Source: Candidatus Latescibacterota bacterium
Lineage (GTDB): Bacteria; Latescibacterota; UBA2968; GCA-2709665
Direction: 5' to 3'
DNA length: 64,000 bases
Assembly: GCA_965203805.1 (NCBI GenBank)
Contig: OZ241917.1
Span: 2,976,001 to 3,040,000 of the forward strand
In this document: positions 40,547 through 50,145 of the stretch, one piece after another
Layout: every line of letters begins with the position of its first letter
Position numbering within the stretch: position 1 is the first letter of the stretch
Notes under the pieces: model-generated
Told to the model about the DNA's origin: nothing
Databases searched by the model: none
What the model saw: only the letters and a program-made list of their open reading frames with translations
Made by a program: the position numbers and the translations under genes

Positions 40547-41077
40547 CTAATCCAGGAGTCCTTCCACGTTCTTCACGACCAGACGCCCGCCCGCCAGATC
40601 GACCCGAACCAGGTCCCTTGCTGCGGGTACCAGAACCTCTGTCCCATCCCGCCTGCTGATCACGTACAGATCGTTTCCAGGGTGGGATATGACATCCTTC
40701 ACATTTCCGATTTCCGCGCCTGCTTCCGTCTCCGCCTTCAGCCCCACGATCTCAAACACGTAGAACGTGTCGTCAGGAAGCCGATACACCTGGTCGGCGG
40801 AGACCAGCAACTCGCTTCCCCTCAACGGCGCGACCGCCTCGGGCGAATCGATACCCCCGAACTTGATGGCCATCCGCCGTCCGTAGGTCCGCACGTGGTC
40901 GATCCCGAGTGTCAACCGGTTCCCGTCAGGTTTTTGGAGCAGGGATTCGCTGAGTTCCTGAAACCGTTCCGGGAAATCCGTCAGGGGATGCAGAAACGCC
41001 TCGCCCCCGAGGCCCCTTGGTTTCAGAACCCTCCCGATAGCGACGAATCGTCCACCACCTGCCGGATTTCTGGACAA
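40547..41077 (-). CDS. rimM: Ribosome maturation factor RimM
   Basis: 'IGRVLKPRGLGGE', 'TDFPERF', 'NDLYVI', 'VLVPA'; synteny. Confidence 0.93.
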   Translation of the reverse strand: MSRNPAGGGRFVAIGRVLKPRGLGGEAFLHPLTDFPERFQELSESLLQKPDGNRLTLGIDHVRTYGRRMAIKFGGIDSPEAVAPLRGSELLVSADQVYRLPDDTFYVFEIVGLKAETEAGAEIGNVKDVISHPGNDLYVISRRDGTEVLVPAARDLVRVDLAGGRLVVKNVEGLLD

Positions 41078-41080
41078 GGA

Positions 41081-41386
41081 CTATTCCTCGACTTCGGGAC
41101 CCACGCCGTCCGTCTCATCCGAATCCGCCGGGGGCGTGGCGCTTTCGTCCAGAATTCCCTGCTGTCGAAACAGGCTCTTCACGGTTCCTGACGGCTCTGC
41201 GCCCAGGTCCAGCCAGTGGCGTGCCCGCTCGGCATTCAAGCTCACGATCTGCGGATTCTCCGTCGGATCGTAATACCCCAGGCTTTCAATGAACCGGCCG
41301 TCCCTGGGGGACCGGCTGTCCGCGACCACGACCCTGTAAAACGGCGCGTTCCTCGCGCCTTTGCGGGTCAATCGAATCCTTACCAA
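41081..41386 (-). CDS. rpsP: 30S ribosomal protein S16
   Basis: TTG start after AGGAGG; 'VRIRLTRKG...[26 protein letters not shown]'. Confidence 0.97.
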   Translation of the reverse strand: MVRIRLTRKGARNAPFYRVVVADSRSPRDGRFIESLGYYDPTENPQIVSLNAERARHWLDLGAEPSGTVKSLFRQQGILDESATPPADSDETDGVGPEVEE

Positions 41387-41453
41387 AATCCATCCTCCTG
41401 ATCTGAGAAGCAACTGCCGGACTTCCGTTGCTTCGTGGATAACTGACTGCACT

Positions 41454-42782
41454 TCATCCCAAGAAAGGCACGCCCGTCCCGCGGCCGGTCTTCTCCATCC
41501 GCGACATCCGTTTCATCATCCTGCGCATCATCCCGAACTGCTTGATCAGCCTGTTGACTTCCTGGATGCTGCACCCGCTCCCCTTCGCAATGCGCCGGCG
41601 CCTGCTGCCGTTCAGAATCCGGGGGCTTTCCCTTTCCCGCTTCGTCATAGACAGGATGATCGCTTCCGTATGCACGAACGCGTCTTCATCGACCTGCATG
41701 CCCTTCATTGCCTTTCCCGCACCGGGAATAAGGTCCATCAGCTGGTTCAACGGCCCCATCTTGCGAACCTGGTCCAACTGCTGCAAAAAGTCATCGAATG
41801 TGAATGCGGCGTTCCGAAGCTTTTTCTCCAGCTTCTCCGCCTGTTTCACATCCACAGCGTCCTGAGCACGCTCCACCAGCGTCACCACGTCCCCCATGCC
41901 CAGAATCCGGGACGCCACCCGATCCGGATGGAACGGCTCGATTCCGTCCACCTTTTCGCTGACGCCCGCGTACTTGATGGGCACGCCGGTGACTTCGCGG
42001 ATGGATAGCGCGGCGCCGCCCCGCGTATCGCTGTCGAGACGAGTGAGTACCACGCCCGTGAAGGTGAGCTGCTCGTAAAACGCCGTTGCCGCAGAGACCG
42101 CGTCCTGCCCCGTCATGCCGTCCGCTACAAACAGAATCTCATCCGGCGAAACCCTGTCGCGTATTCGCTTCAACTCCCCCATCCGTTCGTCGTCCACGTG
42201 CAGACGGCCGGCCGTATCCAGAATCACCGTGTCCATCCCGTCCGCCCGCGCCGCGTCCACGGCATCGGCGCAGATTGCCACGGGATCGGCCTTCTCCGCC
42301 GTCCGGTGGACGGGAACGTCTATCGACGCGCCGAGTACGCACAACTGGTCGATCGCCGCGGGCCGGTATACGTCTGCGGCCACGAGAAGCGGCCGACTTC
42401 CCTTCGCTTTCAGGATCCGGGCCAGCTTGGCGCACAGCGTCGTCTTGCCCGACCCCTGGAGACCGACAACCATGACCACGTTGGGCGCCGGTCCGGACAG
42501 ATTCAACTCCTGATGCTCGTCTCCCAGGAGGTGAATCAGTTCGTCGTGCACGACCTTGACGACCTGCTGGCCTGGCGTGATGCTCCGCAACACCTCCCGT
42601 CCCATCGCCCGCTCCCTGACTCGGGCGATAAACGTCCTCGCGACCTTATAGTTGACGTCCGCCTCCAGAAGGGCGCGACGCACGTCTCTCAGCGCTTCGT
42701 CGATATTGGACTCGGCCAGCCTGCCGCGGCCGCGAAGCTTCCTGAAAACCCCTTCAAGCTTTTGAGTGAGATGATCGAACAT
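41454..42782 (-). CDS. ffh: Signal recognition particle protein Ffh
   Basis: 'ALLEADV', 'GLQGSGKTT', 'DTAGR', 'RILGMGD', '[11 protein letters not shown]'. Confidence 0.97.
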   Translation of the reverse strand: MFDHLTQKLEGVFRKLRGRGRLAESNIDEALRDVRRALLEADVNYKVARTFIARVRERAMGREVLRSITPGQQVVKVVHDELIHLLGDEHQELNLSGPAPNVVMVVGLQGSGKTTLCAKLARILKAKGSRPLLVAADVYRPAAIDQLCVLGASIDVPVHRTAEKADPVAICADAVDAARADGMDTVILDTAGRLHVDDERMGELKRIRDRVSPDEILFVADGMTGQDAVSAATAFYEQLTFTGVVLTRLDSDTRGGAALSIREVTGVPIKYAGVSEKVDGIEPFHPDRVASRILGMGDVVTLVERAQDAVDVKQAEKLEKKLRNAAFTFDDFLQQLDQVRKMGPLNQLMDLIPGAGKAMKGMQVDEDAFVHTEAIILSMTKRERESPRILNGSRRRRIAKGSGCSIQEVNRLIKQFGMMRRMMKRMSRMEKTGRGTGVPFLG

Positions 42783-42826
42783 GGGGCGGACCTGACGTTC
42801 ATTTTCAAAAGGGAAACAGAACTCTA

Positions 42827-42855
42827 AAAATACGGGACGACAGGTTTTTACGCAA
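42827..42855 (-). promoter_or_regulatory. Sigma70-type promoter for the ffh operon
   Basis: TTGCGT-N17-TATTTT. Confidence 0.5.
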
Positions 42856-43038
42856 CAAAAAACTCCGGAATCGGACCATGCGGAAGGCGGGTGCAGATGT
42901 CGAATCAACGCGCGGTATCCATCCGTGGCACGCCCTGGAGTCGCGTACGAACAAGGCGCGCGACGTTACGGTCCGACCGAGCTTCCCGACCCCCTGGGTA
43001 TCCGCCGGGATTCCGGACCGCTGGAGCCCATTGTCGTT

Positions 43039-43704
43039 CTATTTCAATCCCGCCAGTGCCGCGCGCCTGAGCGCAGCGACATTTGCGACCACCTCGCCAT
43101 TCCGGAAGGCGGCCGATCCGGCCACGAGCACTTCCGCCCCTGCAGCAACGGCCTGACCCGCGTTTTCAACAACGATTCCGCCGTCGATTTCAATCTCCAC
43201 CTGCACGCCCTGACGCATAACCTCCGCCCTCAGTCTCCGGACCTTTTCCAGTGACTCCGGCATGAACGCCTGACCGCCGAATCCGGGTTCCACCGACATG
43301 ACCAGCGCAAGGTTCAGCGACGGAAGCAGGGGATATAACGCCTCCACCGGTGTTGCCGGCTTCACCGTGGCGCCGGCACGCATGCCCCGCTCACGGATTT
43401 CGCCCAGCAGGGTCTGCAGATCCGCGTTGACCTCGACGTGTACGGTACAGATATCGGCGCCGCTATCCGCGAAATCCCTCAGGTACCGGCCCGGTTGGGC
43501 AATCATGAGATGCACGTCCAACGTCAACGTCGTCACCTTTCGTATGGCTTCCACAACCATTGGACCGAACGTGATATTCGGTACGAAATGGCCGTCCATC
43601 ACATCCAGATGGATATACTCCGCACCGGCTGCTTCCACCGCCCGAATCTCGCGTTCCAGCGCCACAAAATCCGCTGCCAGGAATGACGGAGCGATTTTGA
43701 CCAT
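43039..43704 (-). CDS. rpe: Ribulose-phosphate 3-epimerase
   Basis: 'IAPSFLAADF', 'HLDVMDGHFVPNITFG', 'MSVEPGFGGQ', 'IDGG'. Confidence 0.97.
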   Translation of the reverse strand: MVKIAPSFLAADFVALEREIRAVEAAGAEYIHLDVMDGHFVPNITFGPMVVEAIRKVTTLTLDVHLMIAQPGRYLRDFADSGADICTVHVEVNADLQTLLGEIRERGMRAGATVKPATPVEALYPLLPSLNLALVMSVEPGFGGQAFMPESLEKVRRLRAEVMRQGVQVEIEIDGGIVVENAGQAVAAGAEVLVAGSAAFRNGEVVANVAALRRAALAGLK

Positions 43705-43788
43705 AAAAACAACCTCCACTTTTCAGAATCCTGGGGCCATCAAGGCGGGGCCTGAAAGTGGGAACCAATGCGGGACAACGACCGACCG

Positions 43789-44523
43789 TTACAATTTACT
43801 CACCACCAGCCGCACTCGCGTTCCCTGCTTCACCTCTTCTCCGAATTCCGGTATATGCCGGATCACCACGTTCAACAGGTGCTGCGTGCTGAATTCATAG
43901 CGGATATCCCGCACCATCAGCCCGGCCTCCGCCAACTCCGCCCGTGCCGTCTCCAGCGGCTTACCCACCAGATTCGGCATGGGGACCATCTCACCCGGAG
44001 GCCCGTTGCTGATCGTTACCGAGATTGGCGTGGCGCTCCGTACCTGTTGTCCGGCAGGGGGATCCTGGCTGATGATCAATCCCTCCCTGACAACTTCTGA
44101 CGCGTCCTCGAGTGTATCTCCCATGGCAAGGCCCGCCTGCGCAATCCACAACTGCGCCTGGCGCAGAGACTTTTCCGTGAGATCGGGCACTTCGTAGAGC
44201 CGGACCCCGAGACTCGGCACCGCATAAACCGTACGGTCGATCTTCACATGAGAATGCGCACGCGGATTCTGTTGCACCAGCCGGCCTTCGGCAACGGATG
44301 TGTCCCATCGTCCGGGCTGCAGCTTCAACCTGAGCCCCTGTTGAGACAGCGTCCGCCTGGCATCTTCGGGCGTCAGATCGACGATATCGGGGACCTCAAC
44401 ACGCTGGCCGGTCCGAACCAGACGTGGCATAATGAATCGATCGAGCAGCATCAGGCCCACGATACCGGTGAGTACCGCGCATCCCGCGAACAGCCCTGCC
44501 TCCCGCAGAATCCTCTTGACCAT
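43789..44523 (-). CDS. PASTA domain-containing membrane protein (3 PASTA repeats)
   Basis: N-term TM, 'VPDIV', 'VPDLT', 'MPNLVG' repeats. Confidence 0.88.
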   Translation of the reverse strand: MVKRILREAGLFAGCAVLTGIVGLMLLDRFIMPRLVRTGQRVEVPDIVDLTPEDARRTLSQQGLRLKLQPGRWDTSVAEGRLVQQNPRAHSHVKIDRTVYAVPSLGVRLYEVPDLTEKSLRQAQLWIAQAGLAMGDTLEDASEVVREGLIISQDPPAGQQVRSATPISVTISNGPPGEMVPMPNLVGKPLETARAELAEAGLMVRDIRYEFSTQHLLNVVIRHIPEFGEEVKQGTRVRLVVSKL

Positions 44524-44545
44524 TCTTCTCGCAATCCGTCTATGG

Positions 44546-44603
44546 CAAAAACGAAAAACCGCGCTTTATGTCGGGATTCCAACCCGCCGGACGACGCACG
44601 GTT
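44546..44603 (-). terminator. Terminator-like hairpin AACCGTGC...GCGCGGTT followed by T-tracts
   Basis: Outer 8-bp stem, inner CGGG/CCCG stem, then TTTCGTTTTT on the minus strand. Confidence 0.4.
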
Positions 44604-44605
44604 CA

Positions 44606-44634
44606 AAAATAGGCCAAGGTCCCCCCGGTGTCAA
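44606..44634 (-). promoter_or_regulatory. Sigma70-type promoter for PASTA gene-rpe
   Basis: TTGACA-N17-TATTTT. Confidence 0.6.
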
Positions 44635-44647
44635 GGTCACGCGCCGG

Positions 44648-45574
44648 TCAATGTCCCACCGTAAGAGAAACCCTGTGCGACAGACCCAGTACTGTGTGGT
44701 ACAGGGTCGCATAGTCGATCCGGAAGCCCCTGTGAACCACACCCGCGCCCATAGACAATCGCTCGCCCCCGGCCCCGGCGCCCATCCGCAGCATGACCCT
44801 GCGGTCGGGGCTGTATTCCACCCCCGCGCTCACCCCCGTTTGTCGTCCGGCTTCCTTGCGAACATCCACGAGCAACGCCAGATTCGGCACAACCTGACAC
44901 CCCACGCCCGCCATGCCGCCCTGGCCCAGGACATTTACCGACGCCCCGCCCGCATTCCATGCCGCCAGCCCAAGCGTGACCTTCGGCCTCACGACAATCT
45001 TCGCACCCAGGTCGAATGCCGTCCACCCGCGGTTCCCGCCGCCGTCAACCGACAGTCGCATGCGCCGGATTCTCACCCCGAGACCCAGCCGGGATGCCAG
45101 CCGGAGGCCGAGGGTCAGGCCAACGGTCCGCTCCCTATACAGGCTGAATCCGTACTCCTGATAACCCAGACCGACCGCGGTCCGGCCCGTCGACGCGACC
45201 GTCCCGATCGCCTGGGCATCCAGCACCGCCATGCCGAACGGCCGCTCATAGCCTCCCGTGATACTGACGCCGTGGCCCCAGGCAATCGCGCCCGCATTCC
45301 AGAAGACGCCCTCGACGCCTTCCGCCCAACCGACAAACGTGTCCGCCAACCCGCCGGACCGGGCGCCCACCGCCTGAAACTCGAATGCCGCGACAGCCCG
45401 CATCGGCAGGAGGGCAATACACAAAAGCACGCAGCAGGGCGCGAGGAGCCCGCGCCACGGCGGGCGACGAAACCCTAGATTTGACGGATCGCCGTGTCGC
45501 GCCACATCGCGCGGCCGCCCGTATTCGGGCCCGCCCGAGTTGCTGAGCGCGGCGTTTTCCCGGAATAGTCCCAT
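44648..45574 (-). CDS. Putative outer-membrane beta-barrel (PorV/PorQ-like)
   Basis: Signal peptide-like stretch, 'GARSGGLA...VFWNAGA', 'DYA...H.VLG.SHRVSL'; start uncertain. Confidence 0.6.
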   Translation of the reverse strand: MGLFRENAALSNSGGPEYGRPRDVARHGDPSNLGFRRPPWRGLLAPCCVLLCIALLPMRAVAAFEFQAVGARSGGLADTFVGWAEGVEGVFWNAGAIAWGHGVSITGGYERPFGMAVLDAQAIGTVASTGRTAVGLGYQEYGFSLYRERTVGLTLGLRLASRLGLGVRIRRMRLSVDGGGNRGWTAFDLGAKIVVRPKVTLGLAAWNAGGASVNVLGQGGMAGVGCQVVPNLALLVDVRKEAGRQTGVSAGVEYSPDRRVMLRMGAGAGGERLSMGAGVVHRGFRIDYATLYHTVLGLSHRVSLTVGH

Positions 45575-45832
45575 TCTGTCCGGGCACGATCCGCAATCCC
45601 TGTGCCTGGCGCCGCCCGTATTGTGAAGTAATCGTCTATCTTATATTTTATCAATATTTTATGAATATACACCTCGTATCATCCGTCGAGCGGCAGATCC
45701 GGGAACCGCCATGCCGAACGTTACAGTCCACCCGGGAATTGTCGTCCGGAAATGGTCAGGAAAATCCGCGGACAATCACCCACGGTCAAAATTGACATAG
45801 ACCGCGTCATCCGGCAGCGTTATATTTAACGC

Positions 45833-46783
45833 GTGATCATGTCAATGAATAGCGGCTGGACCTATCACAACCGAATTCAACGCGAAGCCGAAGGGGAAAC
45901 CGTTCTTCAATTCTACCTCCGGCGCTACCCTCATTCCTCCGAGGAAGCCTGGCGGCAGCGGATCCTGTGCGGCGACGTACGGTTGGATGACCAGCCGGCC
46001 TCGCTCGATACACCGCTTGCGGCGGGTCAGCGGCTCACCTATCGCAGGAGGCCGTGGCGGGAACCGGACGCCCCCTGTTCGTTCGCGCTGCTCTACGAGG
46101 ATAAACACCTGATTGCCGTCGCCAAACCCTCCGGCCTGCCCGTGTTGGCAGGCGGCCGGCATCTCCGGAACACCCTGCTCGCCCGGGTCCGGGAACGCTA
46201 CCCTGAGACGCCGGGGCCCGCGCCTCTCCATCGCCTTGGTCGGGGGACGTCAGGCGTCGTTCTGTTCGCGCGTTCGGATACGGCGAGACGGCGCCTATCG
46301 GAGGATTTTCGTAACCGTCGGATATGCAAGATCTACCGCACACTCGCTGCCGGCACGGAAATGCCCGACCGGTTTACGGTGGATGTGCCCATTGGGAGGA
46401 TTCCCTATGCCCCAACCGGAACCCTCTTCGCTGCAACCAGCACGGGAAAACCGGCCAGGACGGAATGCCGCGTTCTCAATCGTGATTCCGATGCCAACCG
46501 GAGCCTGGTCCGCGTCAATCTCGTCACCGGCCGCGCCCATCAGATCCGGATCCACCTCGCTGCCGCCGGTCATCCTCTGATTGACGACCCTCTCTATCGC
46601 GCCGGTGGCCTGCCGGTCGTTACGCCCGATGGGAACCGCGCTCCGCTCCCTGGCGACACCGGGTACCACCTTCACGCGCATCAACTCCAATTCATTCATC
46701 CGGCCACGCGCCGGCGCGTTCTTCTCACCTGCCCGCCCCCTCCGAACCTCCGCACGCCTGAAGAGATCGCCGAAGAGACCTGA
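45833..46783 (+). CDS. RluA family pseudouridine synthase
   Basis: 'KPSGLP', 'HRLGRGTSG', 'KIYR', 'TGRAHQIRIH', 'HLHA'. Confidence 0.9.
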   Translation: MIMSMNSGWTYHNRIQREAEGETVLQFYLRRYPHSSEEAWRQRILCGDVRLDDQPASLDTPLAAGQRLTYRRRPWREPDAPCSFALLYEDKHLIAVAKPSGLPVLAGGRHLRNTLLARVRERYPETPGPAPLHRLGRGTSGVVLFARSDTARRRLSEDFRNRRICKIYRTLAAGTEMPDRFTVDVPIGRIPYAPTGTLFAATSTGKPARTECRVLNRDSDANRSLVRVNLVTGRAHQIRIHLAAAGHPLIDDPLYRAGGLPVVTPDGNRAPLPGDTGYHLHAHQLQFIHPATRRRVLLTCPPPPNLRTPEEIAEET

Positions 46784-46811
46784 GCGTTCGTTTCCGGGAT
46801 TCCGCGGGGAA

Positions 46812-47594
46812 CTATTCCCTGATTCTGGTGTTCTCGTCGGTGTGCGCCTGCTCGATGTGTCTGCCGGTGAAGCCCACCGCATATCGCAGGTCTGCGCCGC
46901 GCAGGTCTGCATTCCGGAGGTCGGCCTTGTATAGATCGGTGTTTTGCATCCGGGCCTTGACGAGGTTCGCGCACCGCAGGTCGGCCTGTATCAGGTCGGC
47001 ATTCCGCAGTCTGGCGCTCCGCAGATCGGCGTTCCTGAGGTCCACGCTCTGAAGGTTCGCGCCCTCGAGGTTCGCGCTTCTCAGATTGGCGCCGCGCAGG
47101 TCCGCGTTGAGAAGATTGGCGTCCTGAAGGCGCGCCTTCCGCAGATCGGTTCCGTGAAGTGTGGCGTCGCGAAGGTTGGCGCCCCGCAGTGTGGCGTCCC
47201 GAAGCCGGGCCCCGGAAAGTTCGGCATTCGTCAGGTCGGCGAGTTCCAGGTCCGCGGGCGCAAGACCGGCGTCTCTGAGGTTTGCGCCGCGGAACAGCGC
47301 TCCCTGGAGGCGGGCGCCGGAGAGATCTGCGTCCCGTAGGTCTGCGTCGCGGAAGTTGGCCTCGTAGAGCATGGCGCGCTGGAGGTTGGCGCCGTGCAGG
47401 TCCGCGTTCTGCAACCGCGCGCCGCTAAGGATGGCTTCGCTCAGGTCGGCGCTATCGAGCCTCGCGCCCTGGAGCTCCGCCCGGTTCAGATTCACGCCGG
47501 ACAATCTGGCCCGTTCCCCTGCTGCTCCTTCGGAATCGATCCACTCCCGGTGCCGGTCGATGACATCACGTAGTTCAGCGGGTGACATAGGCAT
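46812..47594 (-). CDS. Pentapeptide repeat protein
   Basis: Long run of A(D/N/R)LxxA pentapeptides after 'HREWIDSEG..GERA.L'. Confidence 0.92.
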   Translation of the reverse strand: MPMSPAELRDVIDRHREWIDSEGAAGERARLSGVNLNRAELQGARLDSADLSEAILSGARLQNADLHGANLQRAMLYEANFRDADLRDADLSGARLQGALFRGANLRDAGLAPADLELADLTNAELSGARLRDATLRGANLRDATLHGTDLRKARLQDANLLNADLRGANLRSANLEGANLQSVDLRNADLRSARLRNADLIQADLRCANLVKARMQNTDLYKADLRNADLRGADLRYAVGFTGRHIEQAHTDENTRIRE

Positions 47595-47598
47595 TATT

Positions 47599-48168
47599 TC
47601 ATCCCCTGCCGGTCTTGTGGATTTCAGATTCGGTAATGACCAGGTCCATAGAGATGTCGCGAGGGCAGGCCGGCAGACGATCGACGAGCTGGAAGTCGAA
47701 TGCCAGGCCGATTTTGATCGCAGGCGTCAGTGAAAGGAAGCGGTCGTAGTACCCCGCGCCGAAGCCGATGCGGTTTCCTGTGCGGTCGAAGGCCAGACCG
47801 GGAACGACAACAACCTCAAGGGCGCCCGGGGATACCACGGATCCCGTCTCGCCGGACGGTTCCATAAGACCCAGTGTCGAGGGCTCTAATTCCGCGAGGC
47901 CTCGAATCTCCCGGTGGACCAGCACGCGGTTCGGCAACGCAACGGGCACCGCGACCCGCTTGCCGCTTCCAAGGGCGGACTCGATGAGCGAGTGTGTGCG
48001 GACTTCGTTCTTTACCGATACGTAGCTCGCCAGACATACCGCGCGGCGGTAGGCTTCCTGGCCGGCCAGGCGCGCGATTACGTGTTCGCTCCTGGCGCCG
48101 ACTTCTTCCGGCGACAGTACGGACCGCCGTTTCTTCATGGTATCCCGAAATTGCTTTTTGGTCTGCAT
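47599..48168 (-). CDS. 5-formyltetrahydrofolate cyclo-ligase
   Basis: 'VVVPGLAFD..GNRIGFGAGYYDRFL', 'D.SMD.VITE'. Confidence 0.93.
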   Translation of the reverse strand: MQTKKQFRDTMKKRRSVLSPEEVGARSEHVIARLAGQEAYRRAVCLASYVSVKNEVRTHSLIESALGSGKRVAVPVALPNRVLVHREIRGLAELEPSTLGLMEPSGETGSVVSPGALEVVVVPGLAFDRTGNRIGFGAGYYDRFLSLTPAIKIGLAFDFQLVDRLPACPRDISMDLVITESEIHKTGRG

Positions 48169-48214
48169 GGGTGCCGCTCCGCCGTATGCGATGTACCCAC
48201 CGCAAGGGATCATT

Positions 48215-48243
48215 ACTATACTCCCGGGGTGGCGGGTTGTCAA
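48215..48243 (-). promoter_or_regulatory. Sigma70-type promoter
   Basis: TTGACA-N17-TATAGT. Confidence 0.65.
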
Positions 48244-48310
48244 GGCGCGAGCGCGTTCGCACACGGGTGTTTCCGGTCGCGGCCGGCACGGTCAGGACGG
48301 AAAAGTTCCC

Positions 48311-48339
48311 TTGACTTTGACCGTGTGGAATTTTACATT
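48311..48339 (+). promoter_or_regulatory. Sigma70-type promoter for the uppS operon (divergent from the previous one)
   Basis: TTGACT-N17-TACATT. Confidence 0.55.
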
Positions 48340-48409
48340 TACAAATGCCGGTTTATTAGGTAATAACGGCAAATCCGGAGACGGAATCTTGGATCGCCAC
48401 GACGTTGAA

Positions 48410-49216
48410 ATGCAGAACACATTGAAGGCAGACAGCAACCTGCCCAGGCATGTCGCCATCATCATGGACGGGAATGGTCGCTGGGCCCAAATGCATGGCC
48501 TCGTCAGGACTCAGGGGCACCGTTCCGCGCGAAAAGTCGTGCGCGACATCGTGCGGGCTTGCGGCGAACTGGGAATCGATATTCTCACTCTTTTTGCGTT
48601 CGGCACTGACAATTGGCGGCGTCCGTGGGCGGAAGTCCTGTCGTTAATGCAATTGTTGCGGGACGTTGCGGTCGAGGAACTGAAGGAACTTCTCGAAAAT
48701 AACGTGCGCCTGATTGCTACCGGAGATACGGACCGCCTGGCCAGGCAGGCGCGGCGAGCGATGAAATACGCCATGTTCAGGACGGCGGAAAACACCGGGC
48801 TGACGTTGAATCTGGCCATGAGTTACGACGGCCGCGGAGATATTCTTCAGGCCGTCAGACGCATCGCCACCGAGGTCGATCAGGGAAGGTTAGGCAGCGA
48901 TGATATCGACGGAAGCCTGTTTTCCCGGATGCTGTACACCGTCGACCTTCCCGACCCCGATCTACTGATCCGCACGAGCGGAGAATTTCGTCTGAGTAAT
49001 TTCATGCTGTGGCAATGCGCGTACACGGAGTTCTGGTTCACGCCGGTCCTGTGGCCCGATTTCAGACGCGAACATCTGTACGAAGCCATTCGGGCGTATC
49101 AGTCCAGGGAACGCCGTTTCGGAAAGACCAGCGCGCAGGTCCGATCTACGACGGTCGGCGCCGGGAACGGGCGGGCGGAACGGATCGGCGCGGCGACGGG
49201 CGCGAAGCCTGCATAA
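48410..49216 (+). CDS. uppS: Undecaprenyl diphosphate synthase (cis-isoprenyl transferase)
   Basis: 'HVAIIMDGNGRWA', 'NWRRP', 'DPDLLIRTSGE.RLSNF.LWQ', 'RRFG'; start could be TTG 48389. Confidence 0.95.
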   Translation: MQNTLKADSNLPRHVAIIMDGNGRWAQMHGLVRTQGHRSARKVVRDIVRACGELGIDILTLFAFGTDNWRRPWAEVLSLMQLLRDVAVEELKELLENNVRLIATGDTDRLARQARRAMKYAMFRTAENTGLTLNLAMSYDGRGDILQAVRRIATEVDQGRLGSDDIDGSLFSRMLYTVDLPDPDLLIRTSGEFRLSNFMLWQCAYTEFWFTPVLWPDFRREHLYEAIRAYQSRERRFGKTSAQVRSTTVGAGNGRAERIGAATGAKPA

Positions 49217-49252
49217 CGGTTTCACGCCAACGCTTGCTTCGGTCAAGCAGGG

Positions 49253-50083
49253 GTGGTTTTGGCGGTACGGTCGAATTTGCTTCACCGGATCTCAGCAGCG
49301 GCGGTCTTCGGGCCGCTTTTTCTGGTACTGTTCTGGGTTGGCGGCATACCGCTCCTGATCGGCGTGAGCGCGGTGGCCGCGCTTGGGACGTGGGAATATT
49401 GCCAGATGCAGAAAAATCGGGGGCTGCATCCCTGGACGGGCGTCGGGGTTGCGGCCTCTTTGGTTTGGTGCGTGTGGCTGCACTGGTTCGACGTGCGACT
49501 CTGGCCGATTCCGGCCGTCGTGATTCTGATTGTCTTGCTGACCCTGGCGCTCGGGCAAAGGGAGGGGCGATTTCGGCTTGCCGACGCAGAAGCGACCTTT
49601 GTCGGTACTTGCTATATTGGATTGCTTCCCGCATTTGCTCTGCTGGTTCGGAACGACTCCGGCTTCCGGTCGGGCGAAACCGGTGCAGCATGGTTTGCCG
49701 TTCTGGTACTCCTGGGAATCTGGGGTACGGACATTCTTGCCTATTTTACGGGACGTCTCTGGGGCAAGCGACATCCTTTCCCGAAGATCAGCCCGGGCAA
49801 GACAAGCGCGGGTTTCGCGGGTGGAATCGTCGGAGCCGTCGCGGTTATGTCCATCGGCGGCCACGTCTTGACGTTGTACGCGCCACCGGAAGGGATCGTA
49901 CTGGGGATCGTGGTGGGACTCAGTGCGTTCTGGGGAGATCTGGTCGAGTCAATGATCAAGAGGAACGCGGGGGTCAAGGATGCCTCGGCCCTGATTCCCG
50001 GTCACGGCGGCGTGCTGGACAGATTCGACAGTTTTCTGTTCGTCTACCCTGCGGTATATCTTTACCTGCACGTACTGCATTAG
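49253..50083 (+). CDS. cdsA: Phosphatidate cytidylyltransferase
   Basis: 'DILAYF.G', 'ISPGKT', 'GDLVES.IKR..GVKD..LIPGHGGVLDRFDS'. Confidence 0.95.
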   Translation: MVLAVRSNLLHRISAAAVFGPLFLVLFWVGGIPLLIGVSAVAALGTWEYCQMQKNRGLHPWTGVGVAASLVWCVWLHWFDVRLWPIPAVVILIVLLTLALGQREGRFRLADAEATFVGTCYIGLLPAFALLVRNDSGFRSGETGAAWFAVLVLLGIWGTDILAYFTGRLWGKRHPFPKISPGKTSAGFAGGIVGAVAVMSIGGHVLTLYAPPEGIVLGIVVGLSAFWGDLVESMIKRNAGVKDASALIPGHGGVLDRFDSFLFVYPAVYLYLHVLH

Positions 50084-50145
50084 TCCTCCGCGCTTACCGG
50101 GAACCTGAGAATACGTTCACCCGTTGACAGGAACGGGACCTGGGT

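Noticed and set aside
42790-43035. Possible SRP RNA beside ffh
   Set aside because: No SRP domain IV motif (CAGG...GGAA...AGCAG) found
46812-47594. 15-nt periodic DNA repeats
   Set aside because: Explained by the pentapeptide-repeat protein; not a CRISPR array
48169-48310. Possible 6S RNA upstream of the 5-formyl-THF cyclo-ligase gene
   Set aside because: The gap is occupied by two divergent promoters, and no long rod-like hairpin is visible
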